DNA of 64,000 nucleotides from Anaeromyxobacter sp. (GCA_049840735.1 JASGJN010000013.1:761897-825896), one strand, 5' to 3'. Positions 10,601 to 25,057 are shown, counted from the first letter of the stretch. Numbers and translations are program-made. Notes: generated by a model not told the origin, from the letters alone.

Positions 10601-11599
10601 CTGCCCGCCGTCGGTGGGGAGCACCAGCCGCTCCACCCGCAGCGTGTCGCCGGCCAGCCGCACCTGCGCCTCGGCGTCGCCCAGGCCGAACCCGTGGGCC
10701 GTCACGCCCTTGAGCCTGGCGGTGCCGGAGAGCGCCGGCGAGGCGACCGTGCCGGCCACGTGCGCCGCCAGCGAGACCTCGCCGCTCACGTCGCCCGGGA
10801 CCCCGGCCAGCGCCAGCAGCGCCGCGCCCTGCCCGTCGGCCGTGGCGGTCAGGTCGAAGCGCGGGTCGCACAGGTCCTCGACCGTCCCGGAGAGGCCCAG
10901 CCGCACGCCGTCCAGGTCCACCGAGGCCCGGTCCAGCTGGGCGGCGGAGAGGTCCATGGCCAGCTCGCCGGCCGCGGCCAGCCCGCTGGCGTGGAAGGTC
11001 CGGCCCCGCAGCTCGGCGGCGGTGCGCGCCACCGACAGCTCCAGCCGGCTGCGGCGCGCGCCGCCCTGGGCCAGCGTGCGCAGCGTCCGCGGGGCGGGGG
11101 CGGCGCGCACGGAGAGGCCCTCCAGCCGCAGGCGGACCTCGGGCGTCTCCACCTCCACCTCGCCCTGCTCCAGGTCGAGCGTGCGGACGTCGAAGCGGGA
11201 CAGGAGCGCGGGCGGGCAGGTCCCGCCGGCGGCGTCCGGCGGGCTCCCGCGGCCGGCCAGGGCGAGGCGCACCTGCGGGTGGACCACGCGCAGCTGCTCC
11301 AGGTGCAGCTGCCGCCCCAGCGCCTGGACCGCGGAGAGCCGCGCCTCGACCCGCTCGGCCTGGAAGATGGGGCGCTCGGGCGGCCCCAGGGCCAGCCCCT
11401 CGATCACGGCGGTGAGGGAGAGGGGCTCCACGCGGCAGCCGCCGAAGCTGACCGGGAGGCCGCTGGCGGTCCGCACCCGCTCGGCCGCCAGCGCGCACAA
11501 CCGGTCGCCCGCCCACGCCGTGCGCAGGGTCACCAGGGTGGCGGCCACGGCCGTCACCACCAGCGCGAGGAAGATCAGGGCGGCGGTGCGCTTCTTCAA
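7667..11599 (-). CDS. tamB: Translocation/assembly module TamB (AsmA-like/DUF490) protein
   Basis: 1310 aa, N-terminal TM anchor, beta-taco-like repeats, C-terminal GDLTVTGTLAAPGVVG..LTSLPALPEQDIVTLL, adjacent to an Omp85 gene. Confidence 0.85.
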   Translation of the reverse strand: MKKRTAALIFLALVVTAVAATLVTLRTAWAGDRLCALAAERVRTASGLPVSFGGCRVEPLSLTAVIEGLALGPPERPIFQAERVEARLSAVQALGRQLHLEQLRVVHPQVRLALAGRGSPPDAAGGTCPPALLSRFDVRTLDLEQGEVEVETPEVRLRLEGLSVRAAPAPRTLRTLAQGGARRSRLELSVARTAAELRGRTFHASGLAAAGELAMDLSAAQLDRASVDLDGVRLGLSGTVEDLCDPRFDLTATADGQGAALLALAGVPGDVSGEVSLAAHVAGTVASPALSGTARLKGVTAHGFGLGDAEAQVRLAGDTLRVERLVLPTDGGQVAIRGAVRLVRGLPTTADVELAGVELGEVLHRLTVRDPWITLRLDGKGHVEGPLWPPALEGRLELGLRNLKALTRSYREGGADPGVVAFEKGHIATAVKVDAEALVFTGAQLQMGRGAVAADAAIHFNRAGGFRVEARGDVDLTALGRVASLPMAGLATLDARLGAAPYGAPRIEGHGRATGLRFLDVDLGAATTDFLYDAGKLHFAGVDGARASARYRGDLLLDLHRTPTQLVSAHVQARGRVHDLCDAVMDWLPRTRYLRDALDGEVELTASAQGPAATPDADFDATLGAGALLGRSFTSGRAVGHIRAAQEVRFERAELRRESGLVRAQGTWGLAPPFSWDLQLAASGLPLEALGLPGSWAGLASGTASLAGSFEQPRVRGALSADAVAVSGVRLGKVEAGGTLTGTKLLLTAGAEGVDLSAEASLEGRMPFRARGTVAVEDLARWVDGVPRTLRAHLAGEAAAEGELADLAQAHLSATATQLALSYADLRVEATGPVRLSAARGRWELAPVTLRGQSTELTISGVRAATGALDVAASGALDLRLLAGAVPPVRRAHGTVALEAHLGGTLDEPLLVGAGRVADAGFQVRGLAATFADVRGGLAFSQNRVLFDRLDASVNGGRATFKGAIELQRLIPARLDVEGTLEEVPLAVLPALPATFSGRIAAAGTPDATTVTGKLHVNRARYTADVDLEGSLLELRRRPAPVARAYDRADEWLRFDLQLAVDGDVRVENDMVRGPLAGDLTVTGTLAAPGVVGSLAMGQGSRLLFRGNEFNLTHAILDFTDRSRIDMGVDVTGESAVRDYQVFLHVLGPAAQPKVTLTSLPALPEQDIVTLLSLGYTRRDAGAGGGVGGVATAAAAQALFSASGLDAQVRRFLPRGGPVRDLSMRITTGYSEETGQVEPLAEFESWLMKDKLRLRFQSPLSNTRGRKAQAELRLGDHTALQYQWDNESPDVSTGDHGLDLKLRWEWSDDR

Positions 11600-11705
11600 C
11601 GGCTTCTCCCGGCCTCAGGGCACGGGCCACGGGCTGCGGCGGCGACCCGCCTCCGGAGGGAGGACGGCCGCAGGGCGGGTCCTGTTCAATGAACGCCCCG
11701 CCGCG

Positions 11706-12623
11706 TCACTTGCTGCCGAGCGACTCCAGGTACCGGTCGATGTCCGCCAGGTCGATGCGGGCCGGCCCCGGGCCCGCCTCGGCCGCGGCGGGCGCGGCGG
11801 CCGGGGGGGCCGCCTCGATGCCGAGGTCGCGCGCCACGCGGTCCACGAAGGCCTCGTCCAGCTCGCGGGCCCGGGCCACGAAGCCCTCGAAGAGCGCGTT
11901 GTCGCAGAGGGTGTTGATGAGGCGGGGCGTGCCGCGGGTGTGGCGGTGCACGCGGGCCAGCGCGCCGGCGGTGAAGGGCACCCGCGGCGCGCCCGCCAGC
12001 CGGAGGCGGTGGCGCACGTAGGCCTCGGTGGCCTCCAGGTTGAGCGGCTCGAGCTTGTACTTGAGCGCCACGCGCTGGGCCAGCGGCGGGTCCAGCTTCA
12101 GGTTCTCCTCGATCTCCGGCAGGCCGAAGAAGACGAAGGAGAGGAGCTTGCGCTCCGGGACCTCCAGGTTCAGCAGCCCCCGGAACTCCTCCATGATCTC
12201 CCGCGAGGCCAGCATCTGCGCCTCGTCGATGAGCAGCACGGCCTTCTTGCCCGACTCGTAGATCCGGACCAGCCGCTGGTAGAGCTGCGAGAGGAGCGCC
12301 AGCTTCTCGTCGGCCGGGCTCTCCACGCCCAGCTGCAGGGCGATGCGGCGCAGCAGCCAGCTGGCCGTGATGCCGGAGTGGACGATGACGAGCAGCGCGG
12401 CCTCGTACTCCTCCTCCGGCAGGCTGTCGAGCATGCGGCGGGCCAGCGTGGTCTTGCCGGCGCCGATGTCGCCCACCAGCACCGCCAGCCCCTTCATGCC
12501 CGAGACGGCATGCGTGAGCCGGAGCAGCGCCTGCGCGTGCTGGGCGGACGAGTAGTAGAAGCGCGAGACGGGCGCGTTGGAGAAGGGCTCCTGCGACAGC
12601 TCGTAGAATTCGAGGTAGTTCAC
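11706..12623 (-). CDS. ExeA/GspA-family AAA ATPase
   Basis: MNYLEFYELSQEPFS, Walker A GDIGAGKT, Walker B LLIDEAQ, YVRHRLRLAG, GTPRLINTLCDNAL. Confidence 0.9.
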   Translation of the reverse strand: MNYLEFYELSQEPFSNAPVSRFYYSSAQHAQALLRLTHAVSGMKGLAVLVGDIGAGKTTLARRMLDSLPEEEYEAALLVIVHSGITASWLLRRIALQLGVESPADEKLALLSQLYQRLVRIYESGKKAVLLIDEAQMLASREIMEEFRGLLNLEVPERKLLSFVFFGLPEIEENLKLDPPLAQRVALKYKLEPLNLEATEAYVRHRLRLAGAPRVPFTAGALARVHRHTRGTPRLINTLCDNALFEGFVARARELDEAFVDRVARDLGIEAAPPAAAPAAAEAGPGPARIDLADIDRYLESLGSK

Positions 12624-12633
12624 GCTGGGTGTC

Positions 12634-15354
12634 CTACAGGTAGCCGATGTTCTTCTTGCCCGGCGGCGCCGCCGCCGGAGTCGGGCGGGGTGGCGCTGCC
12701 GGCGCGGGACGGACCGCGGCGGAGCCGGGGCGGGGCAGGTTGGGCGCGGCGGCGCGCGGGGCGGCGCCGTTGGCCGGCCGCGCGGCGGGGCGGGGCTCGT
12801 CGGCCGGCGGGCGGCCGGGCCCGCCGCCCAGCGCCGCGATGCGGGCGGCCACGTCTCGGTAGGCGCCGTCGGCGCGGGCGACCTTCTGGAAGTGGAAGAG
12901 GCCGACCTCCGGCTCGCCGGCCGCCTCGTGGGCCGAGCCCAGCTCGTAGTGGAGGGCCTTGGCCGACTCGCGGGTGAGGTGCTCCGAGCCGAGGGCGCGC
13001 CGGAAGGCGGCGATGGCCTCCCGCGGCGCGCTGCGGGCCAGGTGGCAGAGGCCGATCATCGAGAGGCAGTCCACCTCGCGCTTGCGGTCGGCCCCGCGCA
13101 GCGCCACCTCGAACTCCTGGATGGCGTCGTCGAGGAGCCCCATCTCCTTGTAGGCGATGCCCAGGTCGTAGTGGGTGGCGCTGTCCTCCGGCTTGACGGT
13201 CGCCTCCACGCCCTTCTTGAACTGGTTGAAGACGTCCTCGACCGAGTACTGGAACTCCTCCTCGGCCGGCGCCGCGGCGGGCGCGTCACCCAGCTCCTCG
13301 GCCAGCTCGCGGGCGATGTCGAAGCTCTCGTCACCGCCGGCGTCGGCCACCGGGGCGGGCGACTCGCGGACCGGCGCCCGGGGCTCGGACGGGCGCGGCG
13401 ACGCCTGGGCCGCCGCGCGCCGCTCGATCTCGGCCAGCTTGCCCTCCAGGCCGCGGTGGCCCGGGTAGAACTCGAGCAGGTTGCGGAGCGCGTCGCGCGC
13501 GTCGTCGAGCAGGTTCTGCTGCAGGAAGAACTCGGCCTCCTCCAGCTCGTCGGAGAGGTCGGCCTCCTCCTCTTCCTCCTCGATCGCGGCGGGCGGGGGA
13601 GGCGGGGGCGGGGCGATGACCGCCGGCCCGCGCCGCGGCGCCGGCGTGGGCGTGGGCGTCGGCGCCGCCCTGGCGGCGGGCGGGGCCGGCGGCGGCGGCG
13701 TGATCACCGGCGCGGGCGGGGCGATCGGCGCCGGCGTGGCCACCGGCTCGTCCACCACCTCGTCGCCGCCCTGGCCGGCGGCGTGGAGCGCCAGCGCGTC
13801 GTCGTCGACCTGCGGCAGCGGCTCCTCGACCTCCAGCGTGACGCCCTCGTCGGGCGGCGCCTCGGCGGCGGCCTCCACCGGCTCCTCGATGATGTCGCCG
13901 TCGGCGTCGTTGGCCGCCTGGATGGCCAGGGCGTCGTCCTCGAGCGGCGCGTCGGCGCCCTCGACCACCACGTCCGCGCCCAGGTCCTCGATCTCGGCCG
14001 AGCCGAGCGCGACCTCCTCGGTGCCGCCGGTGGCGGCGTTGAGCTCGGGGATCTGCGGATTCCCGGGGTCCAGGTCGCGCAGCCGGATCAGCGCCTCGCG
14101 GGCCCGCTCCAGCTGGCCGCGCAGCATCAGCGACCGGACCACCGCCGCGCCGGCCTCGCCCGCCTCGCCCCGGCGGCCGGCGGCGGCGTGGATCTCGCGC
14201 ATCCGCTCGTGCGCGTCGGGCAGCTGCGGATCGAGCGCCAGCACCTTGCGCAGGTGGTCGATCGCCTTGTCGTGCAGCCCGTACTTCAAGTAGACGTCGG
14301 TCTCCGTCAGCAGCTTCGGGATCGCGTCGGCCCCGCCGGGCGGCGGGAGGGGGCCGGGCCGCGGCGCGGCGGCCTGCACGCCGGGCGGCGGGCCCGAAGG
14401 CGGCGGCCGGGGCGTGGCCACCGGCTGTTGCGGAGGAGGCGGGGGCGTGGGCGCAGCGCGCGCGCCGCCCAGCGCGGTGGCGGCGTCGTCGTCGTCCGGC
14501 GCCAGCTCCTGCACCTTGCGCCAGGTGGCGCGGGCGTCGGAGGCGCGGCCGTTCTCCTCGTGGACGTGGGCCAGCTCCTTGTAGACCGAGAGCGTCTTGG
14601 AGGTCTGCCCGAGGTCGCGGAAGGCCTGGGCCAGGAGCTGCAGCGTCTCGACGTCCTTGGGGTCGGCCTTGAAGCAGAGCTGGAGCTTGGCCAGCGCGCG
14701 CTTGGTGTCGCCCTTGGCCAGGTAGATGTGGGCCAGCTCGCGGGTGAGCCCGTGGTCGTTGGGCTGGAGCGAGGCGATCCGCTCCGCCACCTTCACGTAC
14801 TCGTCGCCGCGGTTGTGCTTCTTGAGGTACTCGGCGGCGCGGCGGAAGCAGTCCAGGGCCGGGCCGGCCTGGCCGGCGCGCGCCTGCAGCTCGCCCAGCT
14901 TGATGGACGAGGCGATGTTGTCCGGGTCCAGCTCCACCATCCGCTGCAGCACGTCGGTGAGCCGGGGGAGGTCGCCCGCCTTCTCGTAGGCGGCGGCCAT
15001 GAACTGCAGCTGCCCCATGGCGTCGCTCATGAGGCCCAGCTGCTGGTAGAGGCCGGCCAGCCGCTCGTTCACCCGGACGTCGTCCGGGGCCAGCTTGACG
15101 ATCTGCTTGTAGACGGCGACCGACTTCAGGAAGAAGCCCTGCTCGGCGTAGGTCTCGGCCACCCGCGTGAAGGCGTCGGCGGCCAGCTTCTCGTCGTTCT
15201 TCTTCTGGTAGAGCTCCCCGACCTTGAGCAGGACCCGGACGTCCTTCGGATCCTCGTTGAGGATCTTCTGGTACGTCGCGATCGCCTTGTCGAGCGACCC
15301 CTTCTGCACCAGCTTGGTCGCCTCGGCGATGATCTTGTTCTTGTCGACAGCCAT
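12634..15354 (-). CDS. sgmX: SgmX-like TPR protein (MglA effector for type IV pili)
   Basis: Start MAVDKNKIIAEA; N-terminal TPR array, acidic/Pro-rich linker, C-terminal THYDLGIAYKEMGL TPRs and KKNIGYL tail; position after accC as recalled for M. xanthus. Confidence 0.8.
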   Translation of the reverse strand: MAVDKNKIIAEATKLVQKGSLDKAIATYQKILNEDPKDVRVLLKVGELYQKKNDEKLAADAFTRVAETYAEQGFFLKSVAVYKQIVKLAPDDVRVNERLAGLYQQLGLMSDAMGQLQFMAAAYEKAGDLPRLTDVLQRMVELDPDNIASSIKLGELQARAGQAGPALDCFRRAAEYLKKHNRGDEYVKVAERIASLQPNDHGLTRELAHIYLAKGDTKRALAKLQLCFKADPKDVETLQLLAQAFRDLGQTSKTLSVYKELAHVHEENGRASDARATWRKVQELAPDDDDAATALGGARAAPTPPPPPQQPVATPRPPPSGPPPGVQAAAPRPGPLPPPGGADAIPKLLTETDVYLKYGLHDKAIDHLRKVLALDPQLPDAHERMREIHAAAGRRGEAGEAGAAVVRSLMLRGQLERAREALIRLRDLDPGNPQIPELNAATGGTEEVALGSAEIEDLGADVVVEGADAPLEDDALAIQAANDADGDIIEEPVEAAAEAPPDEGVTLEVEEPLPQVDDDALALHAAGQGGDEVVDEPVATPAPIAPPAPVITPPPPAPPAARAAPTPTPTPAPRRGPAVIAPPPPPPPAAIEEEEEEADLSDELEEAEFFLQQNLLDDARDALRNLLEFYPGHRGLEGKLAEIERRAAAQASPRPSEPRAPVRESPAPVADAGGDESFDIARELAEELGDAPAAAPAEEEFQYSVEDVFNQFKKGVEATVKPEDSATHYDLGIAYKEMGLLDDAIQEFEVALRGADRKREVDCLSMIGLCHLARSAPREAIAAFRRALGSEHLTRESAKALHYELGSAHEAAGEPEVGLFHFQKVARADGAYRDVAARIAALGGGPGRPPADEPRPAARPANGAAPRAAAPNLPRPGSAAVRPAPAAPPRPTPAAAPPGKKNIGYL

Positions 15355-15448
15355 CGGCCGTTGGGGCTCGGGGTGGCGGCGACGCCGAGGTGACGGTTCG
15401 CGCCCCGCCGGCGCGCACCGGCGCCGAAGCGGGCCAGGGGCAGCCCGA

Positions 15449-15477
15449 GCGTAACGGATGCCCCCTGGTCGGTCAAG
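15449..15477 (-). promoter_or_regulatory. Putative sigma70-type promoter for sgmX
   Basis: TTGACC-N17-TACGCT on the minus strand in the accC-sgmX gap. Confidence 0.45.
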
Positions 15478-15563
15478 GGGACGGACCGCGAACAATGCGG
15501 GAATTTCGCGGGATTTTCCGACGTGAGGGACCTGTCAGGCGCCCGCTGTACCCGCTCTCCGGG

Positions 15564-16946
<1,383 letters not shown>

Positions 16947-16956
16947 GGAGGCCCCC

Positions 16957-17505
<549 letters not shown>

Positions 17506-17548
17506 CCGGTCATCCTCCCTGCTGCGGTCCGGCGGTGGGGTGGGGAGC

Positions 17549-18121
17549 CTAGCCCGCGACGCGGGTCAGGTACTCGCCGGTGCGGGTGTCGATGCGGAGC
17601 GTGTCGCCCTCGTTGATGAAGAGCGGCACGGCCACCGTGTAGCCGGTCTCGAGCTTGGCCGGCTTGGTGGCGCCGGAGACGGTGTCGCCGCGCACGCCGG
17701 GGTCGCAGGTGACGACCTTCAGGTCCATGGCGTTCGGCAGGGTCACCCCAATCGCCTTCCCGTTGAAGAACAGGATGTGCGTGGTGGTGTTCTCCTTGAT
17801 GAAGTTCTTCGCGTCGCCCATCTGCTCGGCGGTCACGAAGGTCTGCTCGAAGTTCTTGTTGTCCATGAACTGGTAGTGGTCGCCGTCGAGGTAGAGGTAC
17901 TGCATCTCCTTCTCCTCGATGTCGGGCTTGCCCACCACGTCGCCGGACTTGAACGTCTTGTCGATGGTGCGCCCGGTCACGAGGTTCTTGATCCGGGTCC
18001 GCACGAAGGCCGAGCCCTTGCCCGGCTTCACGTGCTGGAACTCGACGATCTCCCACGGCTCCTTGTCGATCTCGATCTTGAGGCCGCGGCGGAACGCCGA
18101 GGTGTCGAGGGTCTCTGCCAT
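17549..18121 (-). CDS. efp: Elongation factor P
   Basis: [43 protein letters not shown]. Confidence 0.97.
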   Translation of the reverse strand: MAETLDTSAFRRGLKIEIDKEPWEIVEFQHVKPGKGSAFVRTRIKNLVTGRTIDKTFKSGDVVGKPDIEEKEMQYLYLDGDHYQFMDNKNFEQTFVTAEQMGDAKNFIKENTTTHILFFNGKAIGVTLPNAMDLKVVTCDPGVRGDTVSGATKPAKLETGYTVAVPLFINEGDTLRIDTRTGEYLTRVAG

Positions 18122-18212
18122 GACTTGCTGCTCCTTCGGTCCGAAGTGAAAGGTGATCTCCGCCGCCGCCCGGCGTCCGCCGCGCGGCCCCTGGGCGCTC
18201 AGCCCGCCTGCC

Positions 18213-18572
18213 CTACAGCTCGGACCTCAGCTTGGGCGCGGTGATGCGGAGGAGGTAGCGCGCCTTCCCCAGGTTCCCGTCCGGGGACAGCGCCAGGATC
18301 ATGAAGTACTCGGGGGTGACCAGCCGGGCGACGGCCACCAGCTTCTCCGTGCCCAGCGAGAACTCGGACACCCCGCCGGCCTGGTGCGTCTCGGCCGCTT
18401 CCCGGGCGTTCCTGACCAGCCCGGAGCACTCGACCAGGAGCGCCTTCAGGTCGAGGTCGGACGCCCCCTGCTGGTGGCTGTCCACCTCGATGCCGTCGAC
18501 GCCCATGAGCGAGGCGGCGAGGGCTCCCTCGCAGCTGCGGCAGACGTCCTCGAGGTGCTCGCGGAAGCCCAT
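18213..18572 (-). CDS. mglC: Roadblock/LC7 domain protein, MglC-like
   Basis: MGFREHLEDVC..GALAASLMGVDGIEV..YFMILAL..GNLGKARYLLR; position upstream of efp as recalled for M. xanthus. Confidence 0.75.
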   Translation of the reverse strand: MGFREHLEDVCRSCEGALAASLMGVDGIEVDSHQQGASDLDLKALLVECSGLVRNAREAAETHQAGGVSEFSLGTEKLVAVARLVTPEYFMILALSPDGNLGKARYLLRITAPKLRSEL

Positions 18573-18638
18573 GGTGGTCGCTCCCCGCGACGTGGCGGCC
18601 CGGAGTGGGCCGAGCATAAGCATGCGGGAACCGGGCCC

Positions 18639-18667
18639 GTTCTAGCCCGGCCCCCGCGGACCGTCAA
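18639..18667 (-). promoter_or_regulatory. Putative sigma70-type promoter for mglC-efp-accBC
   Basis: TTGACG-N17-TAGAAC on the minus strand. Confidence 0.5.
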
Positions 18668-18727
18668 GGTGGGAGCAGGGCGCCGCGGCGCGTCAGCCGG
18701 GGCGCCCCGCCGCAGCGCGCCGCCGTA

Positions 18728-19429
18728 TCAGGGCGCCTCGCAGGCCACGGTGGCGGTCTGGCCGAGGGCGTTCGGCGGGCAGACCGCGACCACGACCTCG
18801 CCGGCCACCGGGCACCCGTACCCGCTCCAGGTGGCGTTGAAGAGCTCCACCCACACCTGCATCGTGCCCGACTCGTAGGCCCGGCCGGAGCCGCCGGAGC
18901 CATAGTGCCCCTTGGCGCGGACGTCCACGCGCACCATGGCCCCCGAGACGCCCGCGTTGGTCATGGCGGTGGAGATGGTCTCCATGAACGTGTACGGCAC
19001 CACCGTGGCGACCGACACCGCCGTGTTCCCGCCGGCCGGAACGCGCGTCACGACCGCGGGGTAGGTCGTGCTGCCCAGCCCACCCCCGAGGTCGGGTGAC
19101 GAGAAGGACAGCTCCCAGCTCTCGACGAACGCGTCGTTGCTGTTGGTGCCGGTCGTGTCGTCGGCGTTGTCGAAGACCTGGTTGCGGAGCTCCAGCGGCA
19201 CCAGGAGCTCGTTCCAGAAGGTGTCGACGCCGTCGGTGACGTTCACGTACGCCTGGTAGCGGAGCAGGTTGTAGGCGTCGCAGCCGTCGCTGAACGCGCA
19301 GGCGGTGGCGTCGTCCGGCCAGGTGCAGACGCCGGTCAGATCGACGGTGCCCACCTTCTCGACCGTGCAGCCCGCAGCGCCGGCGGCCACGGCCACCAGC
19401 AGGATCCGGGCGAGGTTGGAGGTCTTCAT
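18728..19429 (-). CDS. Hypothetical Cys-containing lipoprotein downstream of pilQ
   Basis: Lipobox AAG-C after a hydrophobic stretch; GGAG RBS overlapping the pilQ stop; host-like codon usage. Confidence 0.75.
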   Translation of the reverse strand: MKTSNLARILLVAVAAGAAGCTVEKVGTVDLTGVCTWPDDATACAFSDGCDAYNLLRYQAYVNVTDGVDTFWNELLVPLELRNQVFDNADDTTGTNSNDAFVESWELSFSSPDLGGGLGSTTYPAVVTRVPAGGNTAVSVATVVPYTFMETISTAMTNAGVSGAMVRVDVRAKGHYGSGGSGRAYESGTMQVWVELFNATWSGYGCPVAGEVVVAVCPPNALGQTATVACEAP

Positions 19430-19438
19430 GGTCGACTC

Positions 19439-22174
<2,736 letters not shown>

Positions 22175-22178
22175 GGAG

Positions 22179-22725
22179 CTACTCCTCGAGCGAGGGGACC
22201 GCTTCCTTGGGGAGGCGGAGCGGGGTCTGCGTTGCGTCGCGGGTGCCGTCGGCGCGGACCACCCACTCCGAGATCAGGATCTTCGCCGGACCGGACGGCG
22301 GCCACGATGCCGCCGTTCTTGCCGATGCAAGCGCCGCGGCGGACGGTGTAGCCGACGCCGTTGGGCGCCTGGACCATGGCCACGGGGTCCTCGAGGCCGG
22401 TGATGATGGCCACCAGCTTCAGCTGCTCGACCTCGTACCGGCCCAGCGGCGTGGTGCAGCGGGTGGCCAGCACGTTGCTCTGCGTCGAGACCTCGGACAG
22501 GAAGCTGCGGAAGGGGTCGCGCTTGCCGGCGGAGCTGTAGCTCCAGTCCGGCTCGGCGGGCTTGGCGGCGGCCGGGGCCTCGGCCGTGGGGGCGGCCTCG
22601 ACCTTCTCGGTCTTGGCCTTGTCCGCGGGGGCGCCCTTCTTCGGCGCGGCAGCGGGCGGGGGCGTGGAGCCGCCGCAGGCCACCAGCGCCGCGAGGGCGG
22701 CGAGCGCGAGGAGACGGGTGGTCAT
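22179..22725 (-). CDS. pilP: Type IV pilus lipoprotein PilP (frameshift ~22282)
   Basis: Lipobox LVAC, GKRDPFRS, PLGRYEVEQLKLVAI, IGKNGG; removing one A before GATC restores ..GEILISEWVVRADG..PSLEE* ending at 22179. Confidence 0.9.
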
Positions 22726-23356
22726 TTCGAGGCCCCCTCGGCGCCCTCTTGGGAGCGGGCGCCTTGGAGTCGTTCAGCATGAAGGCGGTGACCTTGAACG
22801 AGCCCTTCACCACCACCTTGCCGTTCAGGTCCTTGGGATCGCTGAGCGTGATCTCGCTCACGTTCACGATGCGGCGCAGCCGGCTGAGGGCGTCGAAGAA
22901 GGTGGCGATCTCGTGGAAGGACCCCTCCACCGCGACCTGCACCGGGAGGCGCGTGTAGTCGGCCTCCTGGACCTCGCCCTTGGGCTCGATGCTGACGATC
23001 TCGAGCCCCGACCGCTGCGCCTTCTCCTGGAAGTCGGCCAGCAGGTCGTCGAGCTTCTTCTCCTGCGGCAGCTCGGCCTTGGCCGCGTCGACCTGCTGCT
23101 CCAGGATCTCCTTCTCCTTGGTGAAGCGGTTCAGGTCGTTGGCGATGGCGTTCTTCTCGTCCCGCTGCTTGTCCAGCGCCTTCTGGTCGACGGCGGCCTT
23201 CTTCAGCTTGTTCTCGATCTCGTTGATCGAGTCCCCGGGCGGCACGTCGATGCCGATCACGAACAGGTTGAGGACGGTGATGACGGCCACCAGCCCGAGC
23301 ACCCCGCCGACCTTGAGTCCGGTGGGGGCCTTCGCGATGCGCTCCATGAGATCCAT
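22722..23356 (-). CDS. pilO: Type IV pilus alignment protein PilO (frameshift near C-terminus, ~22748)
   Basis: TM + coiled coil, LPQEKKLDDLL, GSFHEIATFFDALSRLRRIVNV; the corrected end GAEGASK* overlaps the pilP ATG (ATGA). Confidence 0.9.
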
Positions 23357-23359
23357 CGC

Positions 23360-23985
23360 CTACCCCCCCGCCTTCGGCTCGCCGGCCGGCCTGGCCGCGG
23401 GCTGGCGCCGCCCTTGCCCGCGGCAGCCGCGGGCTCGACGGCGGGCGCGTACTTGGGCGTGGCCGTGAGCGTGAAGTGGACCACCTTCATGCCCGACACC
23501 ACCTTGGTCTCGGTCTTCTTCAGCTCGACGTCGGCGAAGTACTTCGAGTCCTTCAGCTTCTTCATCAGCTCCGAGACGTCGTCGATGGTGCCGCCCGTCC
23601 CCTCGAAGGTGATCTTGCCGCCCTTCTCGTCCAGCTTGGTCAGCCAGAGCCGCTTGGGCGTGATGGTGGCGAGATCGTCGAGCATCCGGACCGGGCCGCT
23701 CCGCCCCTTCTTCAGGACCTCGAGCGTGTCCAGCTTCTTCTTCAAATCCGCCTTGTCGGCCGCCAGGGACTTCACCTGGCCGATGGTGCGGTCGAGCGCC
23801 TCGATGTCCTTCTTGGTCGAGGCGATCTTCTTCTGCTTGGTGACCAGCTCGGCGTCGCGCGTGGAGTGGGCGTACCAGTTGCCCAGCACGCCCAGGACCA
23901 GGATCAGCGCCAGCAGCACCAGCTGCTGGAGGCCGGCTTCCTTCTTCTTGGAGACGCGGACCGGGAGGAGGTTGATCCTGACCAT
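23360..23985 (-). CDS. pilN: Type IV pilus alignment protein PilN (frameshift near C-terminus, ~23404)
   Basis: MVRINLLP N-terminal motif, TM, PVRMLDDLATITPKRLWLT; the corrected end EPKAGG* lies just before pilO. Confidence 0.9.
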
Positions 23986-23987
23986 GG

Positions 23988-25057
23988 CTAGCGGCCCTCC
24001 TTGTCGCCCGGGCGCCGGAGCGCGAGGCCGACCGACACGGCCGCCGAGGGCGCCGCGCCGAGGATCACCGCCGGGTCGAACCGCCGGTTGTCGATCTCGA
24101 TGTTCTTGAAGGGGTTGAGCACCTCGACCGGCACCCCGGCGCGCGCCTCGATGACCTTGAAGAGCGCGGGGATCCGGGCGGTGCCGCCCGAGAGGTAGAC
24201 GCGGGTGATGGCGCCGTCCGGCGCGGTGGAAGCGTAGAAGTCGAGGGAGCGCTGGATTCTCGCCGCCCATCTGGTCGGCCACGCCCTGGATGACCCGCTC
24301 GACCTCCTGCGGGACCACCGCGTCCGACTCGCCCTGCCCGCCCACCTTGAGCGCCTCGGCCTCGTCGTAGGAGATGTTGAGCTGCTTCTGGATCTCCTCC
24401 GTGAAGGCGTTGCCGCCCATGGTGATGTCGCGGGTGAAGGTGGTCACGCCGCGCGAGACGATGTTGATGTTCGAGAACCGCGGCGCCCACGTTGATGAGC
24501 ACCAGGGTCTCGGCGGCGAACCCGTCGTAGTTCACCTCGAACGCGTTCTGGACCGCGAAGGCGTCCACGTCCACGACCGTGGCCGTGAGGCCGGCCTCGG
24601 CGCAGACCGAGGTGTAGTCGTTGATCATGTCCTTCTTGGCGGCCACCAGCAGCACGTCCATCTGGCCGGTGGCGTCCCCGTCCGGCGTGAGGATCTGGGT
24701 GTCGATGTTGACGTCCTTGACGTCGAACGGGATGTACTGCTCCGCCTCCCACTGGATCGACTCGTCCAGCTCCTCCTGCGTCATCCGCGGGAGCGAGATC
24801 TTCTTGATGATGACGGAGTGCCCGCGGACGCCGATGGCCACCTCCTTCACCTTCAGCTTCTGCCGGGCGGCCACCTCCTGGATCGCGTCCACGATGGCCG
24901 AGGAGTTCATCAGTGCGCCGTCGACGATGGCCTCGGGCGGGAGCGGCGCCGACCCGAAGGCCTGCAGCGCGAAGCCGCCCCGCTTCTCCTTCAGCTGGAC
25001 GAGCTTCACGCTGGAGGAGCCGATGTCGAGGCCGACGGCGAGCTTGCTCTTCGCCAT
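23988..25057 (-). CDS. pilM: Type IV pilus assembly protein PilM (frameshifts ~24477 and 24255)
   Basis: VGLDIGSSSVK, IQWEAEQYIPF, VLLVAAKK, GGNAFTEEIQ; corrected C-terminus EIQRSLDFY..LSGGTARIP..VGLALR. Confidence 0.93.

Noticed and set aside
6762..11692. Very long alternative ORFs (6762-11630 -, 7196-11692 +) over tamB, and similar ones over sgmX, pilQ, pilY1, pilS/R and frzE
   Set aside because: Shadow ORFs typical of very high-GC DNA: Arg/Gly/Ala-rich or antisense mirror frames with no motifs. Only the last part of 6762-11630 (from 7670) is the real Omp85 N-terminus.
22274..23356. Apparent long PilO, PilM-PilN fusion (23257-24447), PilW-PilX fusion (34032-35834) and extended CheW (59251-60378)
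   Set aside because: Artefacts of frameshifts. Correction gives normal-sized genes with overlapping or adjacent stop/start codons.
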